Shown: piece after piece, positions 37,401 to 50,087 of the stretch
Position numbering within the stretch: the first letter of the stretch is position 1
Layout of the letters: each line of letters opens with the position of its first letter
DNA from: Selaginella moellendorffii
Lineage: Eukaryota > Plantae > Lycopodiophyta
DNA: 64,000 nucleotides
NCBI RefSeq assembly: GCF_000143415.4
Contig: NW_003314288.1
Span: forward strand, 996,047 to 1,060,046
Direction of reading: 5' to 3'
Translations under genes and position numbers: made by a program
Notes under the pieces: model-generated
Told to the model about the DNA's origin: nothing
What the model saw: the letters and a program-made list of their open reading frames with translations, nothing else
Databases searched by the model: none

Positions 37401-38866
37401 TCGCAACATAAGCAATTTATCCCCACTAAGTGTATATCTAACTTCCTTATGCCATTAAGAAGTCTTGGGTAACTACCTTCTACTAGTTTAACAAATTATC
37501 TTGCACCTTTTGCTTAGTTGCCTCATAGTTGTCATGTCTTATAACTCATTGTTGGTGCTTCCACCCCTTCATCATTGTTTTGGTCACCACACTCTACCAC
37601 ATGCCTTCCAGTTTAGGCTATGCTATTTCCATTTCCGTTGGGATTCCCTTTGGTGGGGAATCTTATGAACCCACCAACATAACCTCAAGGTATCACACCT
37701 TGGCACATTTGGTGTCTCCACACTATTGACCCCACGAGCCTACCTTTATGACACTACTTATTAGTGTCTAGGTCTTTGCCAAGACTAATATAGTGGTTCC
37801 TCATGCTAACTATCCGTTAGCACTGCACCATAATGCTTGCACCCAACTCTGGGCCAAAGTTGCTTTCTTCTGGGAACATCTTTCCCACAACTTTAGTATG
37901 ACATATTCTGCCATTAATGAGATACCTACTGTTCTCATACTTGGATCTTATGATCCTCCGCATACCTCATGGGGCACCATACACCTCAGTCCAAATGCTT
38001 CAACCAATCCCTTAGAATTATTCCTTGACTCTTATTTGAGTCATCTAGCTTTTTGGACTTTATCATCCGACGACCGGTGAGGTCCTACCTTTGAGGGGCT
38101 AGCTCGCTGGAATACAACTTCTTGTATTCAGGTCCTACTCACAAGGACCATCTTTGCAAGTGTAACTTCGACACTTGATTTGTTCTCTTGGGGCAACCTT
38201 TTGCCCCTTAGGACCACTTGTCCATGTGATGAAAATACTAATTCATCCTCTTAGTACACCCCCAACTCCTTGGGTTGTTCCAGCATTTATTAGAAGTAGC
38301 CCTAGCTACCATTTCGAGGACTTGTGTCCTCTTCAATATTTGACCTCCCATAGTCATCAATTACGGTCTCAAAGTTATGAGCATTAGCCTCAACTATATG
38401 AGGGTAATCTTGTGACTCCTTTATAAGCTCTATTTCGTTAAAGTGGGAATTGTCATTATCCCACTTGTAAAATAAGGTTTCCAAACCTTTATATAGTATA
38501 TAAATATAACAAAATTCAACTGCATTGAGGCACATGCCATTTTATTTTAAACAAGGAAATGTCTACTCAATCACTTCTCCTCCCCCTACCACTGCTTCAC
38601 CTCTCTCTTCTCCTTGTTATCGTCGTCCAATTTCTTTCCATCCTTTTAATATTGGCTCAGTTGCTCCGAGTCTAGGTGGAGCCCAAGTCCCCATTCAATC
38701 TTTACTTTCCCATTATTAATAAAACAACTTCGTAGACTTCTAATAACATGCTGTAACACTTCTAGTATAATGCAAATCCTCTCAAAGAATTGTCTTTTAA
38801 TATTAATACAATGGCATGGAACCCCATGCCATAATAAGTTACATTTTTAAATAAATACATGCCATC

Positions 38867-39729
38867 TCAGACTGTTATTTTTTGCCTCCAACACCTATAC
38901 AATAATCTTGGAATTTCATCACTCTCCACACTATCAGGATTTAAACCCAATAGTAATGCCATCTCTTCTCTAATACGTCCACGCTCATGTTCAGTGGTCG
39001 AAGAACCCATCCAGTTGAGCAGATTATGGAGATGCGGATAGTGCTTGGCTAGACAATATACATGCCATAAATGATGACTGGTGTTTGTCCGATCAAATGG
39101 CTTCTGATATACCGTTCCATCTGCCATTTGGTTGATTTCTGCAGCCACCTCCTGGACTGGCCGGTTCTCTATCACCATCGCTCCAAGCCGTTTTGCAAGG
39201 TCCCCCAGAACATATGGTTTCTTCTCCCTAGTTTCCATACTGCAAGAGATGGGGTGCACTGCATATGTGTGCGTGTTCGCTGCAGTTTTAATCGGCGAGT
39301 CATCGATGATGAGGATTTCACTTGAGCTAGCAGTCCGGTTCATCACTACAGCCTCTGGCTTGACGAAGATGGGCTTGCTACCCCTCACATGGACCATAGT
39401 CAAGCAATCCTCCTGCGTTAGGAGAAAGTCAAATGGTAATATTACTCGCGTCTGATCGTGCATCATCTGTAGCAACGTTAATGCATTGTGGCGCATCATG
39501 GATGTCCAAACTCCCAATTGCAAATTGAACCCGGCCCTCTGTTTTAAGTGTCGCATGGTCATTATTAGATCCCGCAGTTTCTCCCGTGTGATTAATGTGA
39601 ATCTGTCTCTTTTGACCAACTTGCGACCGCAGGCTTTGGAGGGTGCAATGACATTCGAGGACGAGCCATGCTCATGGGAGAAAAGGACACCGTTCAGATC
39701 AAAAACGATACAGTACCTTCGCCGTGACT
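38867..39729 (-). CDS. FCP1/SCP (NIF)-like HAD phosphatase domain (last exon of the cargo gene)
   Basis: IVFDLNGVL (motif I, DxN variant), LGVWTSMM, LTQEDC, KPIFVK, LIIDDSPIK. Confidence 0.85.
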
Positions 39730-42700
39730 CTGAAATTAAATGCGTCAGCATAAAAAATGGTACAAGTCAATTTTACCATCTACAATATTAGCGAATGTTG
39801 CTCCCGATGGTCGTTGAGAGGGTTTTGGTCGAGGAAACGTGAAGGGCGGAAATACTCTCCTCTGCAATGTGGGGTCAATCGCATCCGATGGCGTGTGGGC
39901 ACATGCCATTTCAGTTGTAGACTCTGGTACAACTGGCTCAACAGTGGCATGGGGTGGTTCCGATGGCGTGTGATCACACGCCATTTCAGCTGGTGCCTCC
40001 GTTGGCAAAGTGGACATGACCGAACAGGCAGCAGGGGCGGTGTAGGGAGGTTCCAACAGCGCGTAGTCAGATGATTGGGCACACGTTGGGTCCGTTGGAA
40101 ATGAGGATACGACCGGCTCGGCGGCTGGGGCGGCCTCATGTGGGTCCAATGGCGCCTGGTCACCGTCAGTTGGATACGTGGACAAGATTGACTCAGTGGT
40201 ATGGGCAGCATCAAGTGGAGCGTGGTCAGCTTGCTTGGCGTTGATATGGATAGTAGCCTCCACCAGCTCTGATGACTCTTGCAGCCAAGTAGAGTCCACT
40301 GGCGGATCCATATGCATGTCCAAATATCTCCCTTTGATTGAGATGGTATCCTCCCGTGCTACTAAAAACAAACTCATTAGCACATTGAATCGACTATACT
40401 GTATTTACCATCAACTGCTATTGAGGAACTAGGACCGATATCACTTGGGCGCACTGCTGATTCTGAAGGATTGGACATACGTTTCGACCCTTGCTTGGCA
40501 CTATCCTTCCTCGACACTAAAGGCTAGAGTTTGTAAATTCAACTGAATAATCTCTACTTACCATTTGCTCTGCGACCTACATGGACAATGTTAGAAATGG
40601 TAAAAGGTTAGGAATGGATGTACTATTATTTACCTGATGGTTTGTCTTGTATGACCTTCCTCCGCTGCTCTTTGGCCACCTCAGGCTGGCCATCGTCGTC
40701 ATCATCGTCGTCGTCGTTATTGTGATCGTCACCATTGTGAGGACCATCCAAGTCCTCTTCGTCCTCCTCTTCTTCGTCCTCCTCTTCTTTGTCCTCCTCT
40801 TCGTCCTTCTGCTCTTCTTGCTCATTATCTTTCTCTGGCTCCTCATCCCCCTCCTGCATTTCTTCCATAGGCTGCTCAGGCTGGATGGCTTGTTCTTCCA
40901 GGACCATCTTGGGAAAATCATCTGGCCGAGTCTCCATCTCAAAATACAAGACATCCATAGCCTGTTTTAGTGCGTGACCTAGGACCGTATCCTCACCCGA
41001 CTGTCTTAACATGGTTTCTGCACGTTCTTGCACCCTTCGAAGACGACGAGATGAGAAAAACGTGGCCCTGACTTGAAAAGCTTCCCTCATCCATTGTACC
41101 TCTCCATTGAGATTGGGGAAGGGGAGTCTGCCATAGGAATCTGAGTCATGAGGTGGTGACTGCCTGCTTTCACTCAGCCCTTGATCTGCAATGAATGGCA
41201 TGAGCACACACGCCATAACCGCGAGGCATTACCTATCATCTTTTCGTTGCCCTTCTTCCTTTTCGAATCAAACGCCTCTGATCTCAACGACTGTCCAACG
41301 TGCTTTTGCTTTTTATGACCACTGTCAGTTTGAGCTTGGCTGGTGCTTGCCTGTTTTGCCTTTGAAGAAGTTTCTCCTGCAAGGAATGGCATGAGACCAC
41401 ACGCCATTGCAAATATAATTTGTACCTCCTTTTTTCCTATTGCTTGTCTGTTTGTCCTTCTTCGATGCGCCACCAGTGCGCTTTTCAGTCCTCGTGTCTG
41501 AATATTCACAACGATCTATAATCAAAATGGCGTGAGGCCTCACGTGACCTTACCTTGTGCAGGTTGTGAGCTCGGCCCAACATGGGTATCTTCAACAGTA
41601 GCTGTTAACGCCGTTTCAGCATCTGGGGGTGGCCACGCTCCTGCATACAGAGCTTGTGAGATAACATTTAAACTTAAAGTGTGTACTCACCAGGTTCGCA
41701 GAGAAGATACTGTTTTTCTTTGGCAACTGTAATTATATGCTCCATTAAAGTCACCTCTTCAATGAAGTTTGTCACCGCAACACACGGGACACCCTTGAGT
41801 ATTGCGGCTCGAAAGAATAGTCTGCCGCAGTTGTACTCGACAACGCATTTGCCCTTGGAGTCGGAAGCAGGTGACCCACCCGCTATTGCGTTGAAGACCC
41901 AGCTGAGCATTTCCCATGCTGCACCTGGAGCTTTCTTTGGATTCGAAAGCTCCATAGCCGTCTTCAGTTCCTCAGGCACAGGTAAATTGACCTCCCTCAG
42001 ATCAATTCGATTGGCCTTGTCGAACGAAGCTGGGAAGTCACTCCAGTCCCACTCTGCTGCAGGACCAATAACAAGGGCGAGTGTGAAGATGTGGACATTC
42101 GTCGGTATCTTCTTCTTAGCCATTATCCCATGGATCTCCCGCATCTCCTTGCCTTTCAACCGAGCCTTCACCTCGTTCAAGGCCTTCCAGAACTTGTGAT
42201 AGGATTCGGAGTCGTAGATCATATAGTGGACTGAAGATTCCACCTCCGCAAGTCCCACCATTAAGTCAATGATGGAGCTGACTTCGTCTGCATGAGTGAT
42301 CTCCTCGTTTGTGAAGTCCATCACACAAAAGATGTTCTTGACCTGCTCATCTCCACGGGAAACGATGCTCCTCCACCTTTGATCCTCATCCGAATTCAAG
42401 TATACCCGGTAAGGTTCTCGATAGGCCTCTGCTGCGGGGTCGAGCTGTTTCTGAAGCCGGCGGTCGACATCAATCTTAATGAAATTTGGATACTGATCCA
42501 ACTTCTCAGCTTTACTTTTTGTGGCATCCCGCAGCAGATCGATGAACTTGGGGGCCCCCTTCATGTACTCGTCGATGTCTTCATTTGACAACTCCAGCGC
42601 TTCCATCATCTCTTGCGTGGTGTCGATGCTCACCCTCTCCACGGCCACTTGCTCGAAGATCCAATCCTTCAATAGCGCACGAGCTCTCAGAGTCGTGCAC

Positions 42701-44268
42701 AAGTCCTCGTATGTCACAATATGGCCGGGAGTCATTTTGGTCTTGTTGAAGACTACCTCACCACGTAGAAGAGCATTAGCCACTGTCAGAAGGTCGTCGT
42801 CGTCTAGAGACCGCGAGAAACGCAAGGCGTTGAGCTTCAAATCATTGGGCTTCCGGCCGTCCTCCACACCCATTGAGTTTGGCAACTCCCCGTCATGGTA
42901 CCTCCTCAGCACATCTACCCATTTGTCAAAAACAACTTTTGTCGCGAGTAGAATGTTATGGATGCTGAGTGTGTCATTGACCCCCAGTGTTTTCGAGAGA
43001 AGACTCGAGAATTCCTGCAATGGAAATGGCGTGAGGCCACATGCTATGCCACATGCAACGAGGCTTACCTGCCAGGCGCTAGTTGCTAGTGCACGTCCTT
43101 GTCCTGGTTTTTGTGGCTTCTTCAGTTGAACCCAGAGCTTCCGTGTTCGTGCCAATGTCTCGTGCAGACCCGATTTGTAGCACGTTTCTTGCTTGACATT
43201 CTGCACGTGGGAGATGTATATGATAGATCGGAGGGGCGAGTTGCCTTTTATCAGGCGGACAACTCTTGTCTTGAAGACTTTCTTCACCTCCTCGCCCACC
43301 ATAATATCCACAACTATCTCTTGCATCGCCAAGCTAGAATGCTGCCCGGAGACGGCATAGAACCGGATGTTCTGATTGTCCAACACCTTCCTATTGATCA
43401 AGTCTGGAAACCTCGTCTCGCCCTTCATTGTTCGGTAGTAGGGGATCATGTCTGCGATGTCGGGTGTTACTGGACTTGCCAGCATCTTCTGCTTCAGTTT
43501 CTCCACCCACTCATCAGATACTAGCCTGTGGTTGTATTTGCTTTGGATGTCGATACGGATCACGTTGATTGTATATACTTTGTTGGAATAGTAACAAGTA
43601 TTATTATCTGCGACGATTTTTGCTGCCTCTTCTTGCTCTTTCTGCTCTTTGCGGCTCTTCTTTTTGGTGGGTGTAGTGTTCGAACCCGAGGCAATGGCAT
43701 CACTGAGTAGCTTCTTTTTTGGAGCAGGAGAGTCGGACGTCGGCTTGAGCTTGACCACCCTTTTCTGCTTTGAGGTAGTTTCCAGATCGACCCCCTTCCC
43801 CTTTGCTTCGCGAACTGGAGTCACTCTCAACGGCTCAATGTTGGAATATAGTTTTTGAACATCGCCGTAGGTGAGGTCCGTGGATTCCATGTTATCTTCA
43901 TAGACCCGCAGCGTCTTTGAAATTGTGGGCCTCCTGGACAACCTCTCCCTAGCTCCCTCTAGGAATTCCTCATAGCCGCTGCCCCCCTCCGGGAAGCCGC
44001 TAGGATGTGCAAGGTGGATCTTGAAGGCAGACGCTGTCTCTACCATAAGTGCCAGTCCATATTCTTGCATGGAACTGCATGGAGTGTCTGTCACTTGGAT
44101 GAGGATCCCCATGCATTCTTTTCTCCCACCATCTGTGTTGTACAGCCTCAGATCCTCGCCTTCCATCCCGAAAGTCCAACTGGTGAGCTCCTCCCCCTTC
44201 TCTGCATCCACATTGACAGTGGCTGGAAGAAGAACGCAATTCCTCGCCTGTTCAGAAATGCACAACAA
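38867..44268 (-). CDS. Predicted 10-exon cargo gene (~1,650 aa): ParB/Srx-like domain, degenerate DNA-methyltransferase-like region, basic/acidic linker, FCP1/SCP-like HAD phosphatase
   Basis: Exons 44268-43069, 43014-41691, 41640-41554, 41497-41426, 41376-41233, 41185-40634, 40576-40562, 40516-40409, 40361-39777 and 39729-38867 join in frame through 45-57 nt GT-AG introns with no internal stop. The true start codon is uncertain. Confidence 0.7.
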
Positions 44269-45731
44269 TTAGAGCTGACAGATGAAAAGCTAGTAGCTGG
44301 AAATAACGTGAGGCCACACGCCATTCACCACTGCATCAGATGTCTTGAGGCTGCATCCTAAGATGGCGTGAGGCTACACGCCATCTGTAACCGGACTGCA
44401 CTCGAGAGCCCAATCGGTGCATGCCAATGTTGCTACTGAATGGCATGTGGCCTCATGCCATTTTCTACTTGGCCTAAAAGACTTACCATTTGAAGCCGAA
44501 TGGAGGCGTGACAACCGGACTCGCTGGCGAATGTGCACTGTGTGTGCAGCGGATCGTAGCAGCAAGGCTACTCTGCCACTTACAGTTGGAGAGTGGCACT
44601 GAAATCTCCCGGGACGCCAAGTGGGCTGCGTGTGGGTGGCGGAATGGGCGGCGGAGTTGGCGGCGAAGTTACAAACTGGGTGTGTCTTGAAGTGGACGCC
44701 GATGCACACGAGCGCGATGCGAGCGCGAGTGTGATGCAAGCGCGAGTGGACGCCGATGCACACGAGAAACCTGTAGAGAAGTGGGAGCGCGAGTGGGAGC
44801 GCGATGCGAGCGCGAGTGTGCGAGCGCGAGTACGAAGCAAAATGCAAAACCTAACCTCACACGCGCGAAATGTCATGACGGTTGGTAATCCCGCCACGTC
44901 ATCATTCCTCGGACTTGGGCGCCACCATTAATTTCTGGATCGCCGCGCGCATGCGTGAAATCCAAAAGAAATCCGCAACGTCATCATTCCTCGGACTGCA
45001 TGCACGCGAAATCCAAAAGAAAGATCATGATTGGGATATCATTTAATACCCTCGCTATATTTATACCATGCATGATTGGATATTCCAAAGCATCTTGTAT
45101 TTCCAAAAATGCCAGATGTTCAGCTAAATAAATTGTCAGAGGATTTGATGTGACGTTCAAGCGTGTGGGCTCATGCAATTTTAATCCCAAAAAATGCACC
45201 AAAAAATGCTCGGCGTCATCTGGCGTTATCTCTTGAATGGCGTGGGGCCACATGCCATTTTCAGGAGCACATAGGAGTATATTCCTAGAATATTCTAACA
45301 CGCGCGAGATTGTTTTGAGTTTCCTGGAGATCCAACCGTTAGATTGCAACTAGATTTTACAGAATGGTATACAATGTCCTTCTTGATGACCCTGCAAAGA
45401 AGCATCTCGATCAGACACCACATGAGACCACACGAGCCTTACAATGTTTCAGGGGCATTTGCCATAGATCCGACCGTTATTTTGCTCCAAGATTCTACAG
45501 TTTGGTGTGCATTGACCTTTCCATCGACACTGCAAAGGGACATCACAATCAGATGCGGGATCACAAGAAACCAACTTCACTAACTCTGGTTTCACCAAGA
45601 TCTACATAAGGAGTTATGAAATGAAAGGACCCTCTCTATTGAAATGTGTTTATGGTCCTAGGGGCATTGTGACATATCAAAGGATTTTGCATCAAGTTCT
45701 GTATTTGCATATTTATCAAGCTACTGAATTG

Positions 45732-45763
45732 CTAAACCCTAAACCCTAAACCCTAACCCTAAA
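45732..45763. repeat. Interstitial plant telomere-type repeat (CCCTAAA)n / telo-box cluster
   Basis: CTAAACCCTAAACCCTAAACCCTAACCCTAAA between the divergent cargo and transposase genes. Confidence 0.85.
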
Positions 45764-47019
45764 CATGTGGCAAATGCTACGTGAAGAAAGATGCCCTTTC
45801 TGGGCAAATGCTGTAAGAGGCAGATTCCGAGCAGATGTATCTCAGGCCAGCGAAGGGGACAAATGAAAGCTAGCTATAAACATGACGGGATGCAAATAGA
45901 TTACTAGGCTGGTCCTGCGAAAATCAAAAACCATAATTGAAAACATTGAAAATGCAAAAAGAAAGGTTTATAATATTTTTGATTTTTAAGCAACCAAATG
46001 AATGTAAGTAGGGCATGTGTTTGTAAGTTTAAAAATGCCTCAACCACTTAAATTCCCAAGTAAATAAAGCTGTTTCTATTTTTGGTACAGGTAAACTTTA
46101 TAGCGTGTGGGCTCATGCAATTTTGAACCCAAAAATGCACCAAAAAATGCTCGACTAGCATTATTCTTTGAATGGCGTGTGGCCTTATATTGCCATAAAT
46201 GGACGTACACACACAGCATAATTATTCCTTTACACGGCGAATAATCTTGGCGCGGATCGCTGACATGGCATGGCAAAGTTCGAATCACTGACATGGCACA
46301 GCTGGATCGAGGCAAGGACATGATGTGACAAAGTTCAACCTCCGACAGCAAAGTCTAGAAGCTACTCAGTTTGAAATTTGTCAAAGGAATCATAAGATCT
46401 GGTTTGTCAGAGGATTTGATGTGACGTTCAAGCGTGTGTTATTTTTGAATTCTCGAACTCATTCCTAGGTCTATCATTTTTGTGCGCCGTGTTCTTGGTT
46501 CCGCTGAGCGCTGTGAGCGCTGCTTGTGTAAGCGGCATTGTGAGCTGTGATTTATGCGTCTACAAGCGGTTGCGGCATTGCGAGTGCCATTGCGAGCGGC
46601 AGTTTATGCGAGTGGCAGTTTGTGCGAGCGGCGCTACGAGTAGTTGCGGTGTTGCGAGCGGCACTGTCTTTGGTGTGGCTACCGCTTCCTCTTGATATTC
46701 GGCACTTGTGCTTCCTGGTATGTTCACCATGGAATGGTTTAGGACCACATTTAGAAATGGCATGAGGCCACATGCCATCTTGGGCCCTTGCAATTTCATG
46801 GCTAGCGTATTGTCATGTATGTTTTTACTTGCCTGCAGCTGTGTGTATATCAAGATGGCATGAGGCCTCATGCCAATTTTGTGAATGCGAAATTTCACGT
46901 GGGTGTCAATAGCATGTTTGAATAATGGCATGTGGCCTCATGCTATTTGGTATGTTATGATTTAGGCCATTCTCCAATCATTTTTTGTATGGTCTTAACT
47001 TCTTTTCTGCACTTTCAGA

Positions 47020-50000
47020 ATGGCCTTCAGGGTTGGGGAAAAGGTCTACATTTTGAATGGTGGGAAGAGAGTTGCAAAAGGGACCCTTGTGTCTATGGAT
47101 CGGAACTTTGTTATACACTGTCAAAGGCTTGGGGAAGGCAATGCTGCTGTATCAGTAGAGACTGTCTTCGATGGGAATGTGGTCGCTATTGAACGAGGAG
47201 AGATGGTCGTCGGGGTAAATGTTGTTGTTGCCTTGAAAAGTCTGCAGAAGAAAGCAGATGTTGGGGACAGCGCAAGTGCGACGCATGTTCCCTCCGTGGA
47301 TCTTAAGAACCGTGCTACATGGAATCAGGCAAAGGTGTTTCTAAACAACCCCGAGGGGGAGGTGGTAGCTGAGGGCTTAGCCACAGTTGTCGATCCAAGA
47401 GATGCGGTTGCTAATCAGGAATTGGGCTGGGATGATATTGGAGTTGCGATTTTAGAGGTTGTTGACACAGAAGAAAACAGTCTGACTATTGGAAGCATTG
47501 TGCGGTGGAAATTGAGGCATTTAGTGTTTGAGAATGTGAAGGATTCACAATCAAACACCACTACAACTGATGACAGAACATCTCTTCATGGGAAAAGAAA
47601 GTACACCTTCCTACAGCGCAGCCAAAGGGATCTGAGCAACGAACCGAAAAGGCAGAAAATGGCGATGGAGGTTCGAATGGTCTCGACAGTTGCTTGTTGC
47701 AAGAGGAGGTGCTGTCAATATGCTGATTGGGATGCTATTGAAGAGGAGAGAGCAAGATACAAGACATTGTCTTGGAAGGCAGCTCGCAATTTTGTGTATG
47801 AGGCATTACGGTCATCTGTTGATGCTTCAGAATATCAGGTGGGGGGCATGGTCTTCCAGAGGGGTTTGGTCTGCATGAAGGCATGGAGAATCATTTATGG
47901 AGTCCCTCGAAGCACATTCTACAGAATCAAAACTGAGTTCGAGGAACAAAGGGTTCAACAAGCAATCCATGGGAACGACGGTACGCACAAAACCAGGGGT
48001 CATGTTGTATATGGAGAGGCAATCTTCAAGAGGTTTGTCGAGACATGTAGCGAGCAGCAACCACATAAAACCCGCCTCTTGGAAGATGGAACACGAGACA
48101 CCCAACGAGTTCTCCCTTCCATGTATACCAAGGGGGCCATATTGGAAGATGTGAATCGGGAACTCCAGAGTAATGGCTACAGGAAGCTGAGCCAATCTAG
48201 ATTTAGTAGATTGTGGAGCAACAGGTTCAGGGATGTGAGTATAGGAAAGTACTCCAGCTTTTCAAAGTGTGACGAGTGCACTGCTATCAAAATGGCTTTG
48301 TCGAAGAATTCTTGCAGTGCTCAAGAGCGAGAGACGTTGGTTAGAAGGCGGCTCGACCACAACATCGAGCAGAGAAGCTGCAGGACTGCATATTATCATA
48401 ACAGGATTCTCTCCATGGAGAGACTTGACTCTTACCTCTGCATCATCCACGACAAAATGGACCAGAAAAAGATGTGCTTACCTCGACTCAATCCTGCCCC
48501 CAAGGCAATCTCTTCATCCATGCAGCTGCCTGTGTCTCTGTTTGGCATAATCGCTCATGGGCATGGTGCCCAGAACTATGGGAACTTCTTTGTACCTCTA
48601 TGGGGTGGCGGGGGTGCAAACATGATGATTGCGTCCCTAGCAAAACACTTAAGGTCTCTACAAAGTGCGCAGACTGAGCTGAACGGCCAACCCTTGCATA
48701 AGGCCCTTGTCGATCGAACCCCATACAGGGTTCAGCTGGAGGAGGAGCAAAGGCTTGCAGTATTGCGTGGGGCCTCATGCCATCCCAGTGAATATGTTGG
48801 CCGTCAGATTGTAGGGTTATCATGTGAGGCCTCATGCCATTTTGACGAGGCTGGTCGCCCGGTGAATGCACAGCCTCATCCAAACGAAGCAGAATCTCAA
48901 GGAAGTTCTTGCGGCCGATGTGGCCTTCCACCCCATCTTCTGCTCCAAACAGACAATGCTGGCAGTGAGAACAAAAACATGTACGTCTTCGCGTACTTGG
49001 CGATGCTTGTTGCCAAAGGCATATTTGAAACGGTTACACTTGGCTTTCTCATGGTTGGGCACACTCATGAAGACGTCGATGCCATGTTCAGTCACCTGGC
49101 AGAGTCCCTCCGGTGATCCAATGTCCTCACCCTCCCACAACTCTACGATGAATTCCAAAATTGCATCAAGGCACTGTTGAAGCTGCACTTGTGACAGAGG
49201 TTCCAGACTTTAAGGGGTTTGTAAGAGGCTACATCAGGGACGGATCCGAAACGCTGATTGGCCACTCCAAGCCTCTTCAGTTTCATTTCAGCATGCGTGA
49301 CAGTGCTCCAGTGATGAGGTACAAGATGAGAGAATGGGACACAGTGTGGCTACCAGTGGATGGCATTGAACTCTTCAAGAGAGATCCCATAACTGGGGAA
49401 CCTATGATTCCTCAGGGTTCCCCACGGCCGATGCACCCGGATGGACTCAAAGACCAGGAAAGTATAGTGGCCGGGATTAGACAGCATATTGCCTTCTGGA
49501 AGAGGGGGTTGGTGTTTGGTGGAGAATCCTATTTTAAGAGGTGCAAGCCTTTGCTCGAATACTGGGAGAAGATTATATCTGCTATCCAAAATGGGCCGGT
49601 TGTATATGAAGAATTGGAAGAGTCCTTTTGGCCAGAACCTAGAGCACCAGATAGTAGCGGAACAATGTCCTCTGGAAATGCAGTGACAGATAACGATGTT
49701 GAGGATCACTATTGTGGGCCGAGGAACAAGAAGCCGGATTCAGCATTCAATCCAGTACAGGTCTGCAAAGGAATGGTCATGCTTGTCAGACCCAGTAATA
49801 AAAAACAAATGATATGGGTGGGGCGCTGCATCACTGATGCAGAGGAGGACGCGGAAACTAACTCCTTCAATGTAACTGTGGAGTGGTTCAAGCCAAGTTC
49901 CGGATATACGAAGGATTGCCTAGAAAAGAGATGGGTGCTGAATCCAAGGGATCCCAGCATGAGCATATCGGTGGATAATGTTGTGCATGGTTGGATGCGG

Positions 50001-50087
50001 AAGCAGAGTGCCACCATCACCTTGCCAGACTATGCAAGAGATGCAGCAAGAGCATTCATAACCCGGGTTCAAGGTGAGATTCATTAA
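47020..50087 (+). pseudogene. Sola1-like DDD transposase, disrupted
   Basis: KCDEC Zn motif, IIHDKMDQKK, LQTDNAGSENKN, FLMVGHTHEDVDAMFS. Nonsense TGA at 49114-49116 and a 1-nt frameshift near 49170. Two N-terminal SH3-like repeats and a C-terminal beta-barrel-like segment (LVRP..IWVGRC..VTVEWF). Confidence 0.8.

Noticed and set aside
41681-44361. Plus-strand ORFs opposite the cargo gene, and antisense ORFs over the pol and transposase genes
   Set aside because: Shadow ORFs of real coding sequence with no recognisable motifs.
45732-45763. Real telomere or chromosome-healing site
   Set aside because: Only about 4 units and internal to a TIR-bounded element.
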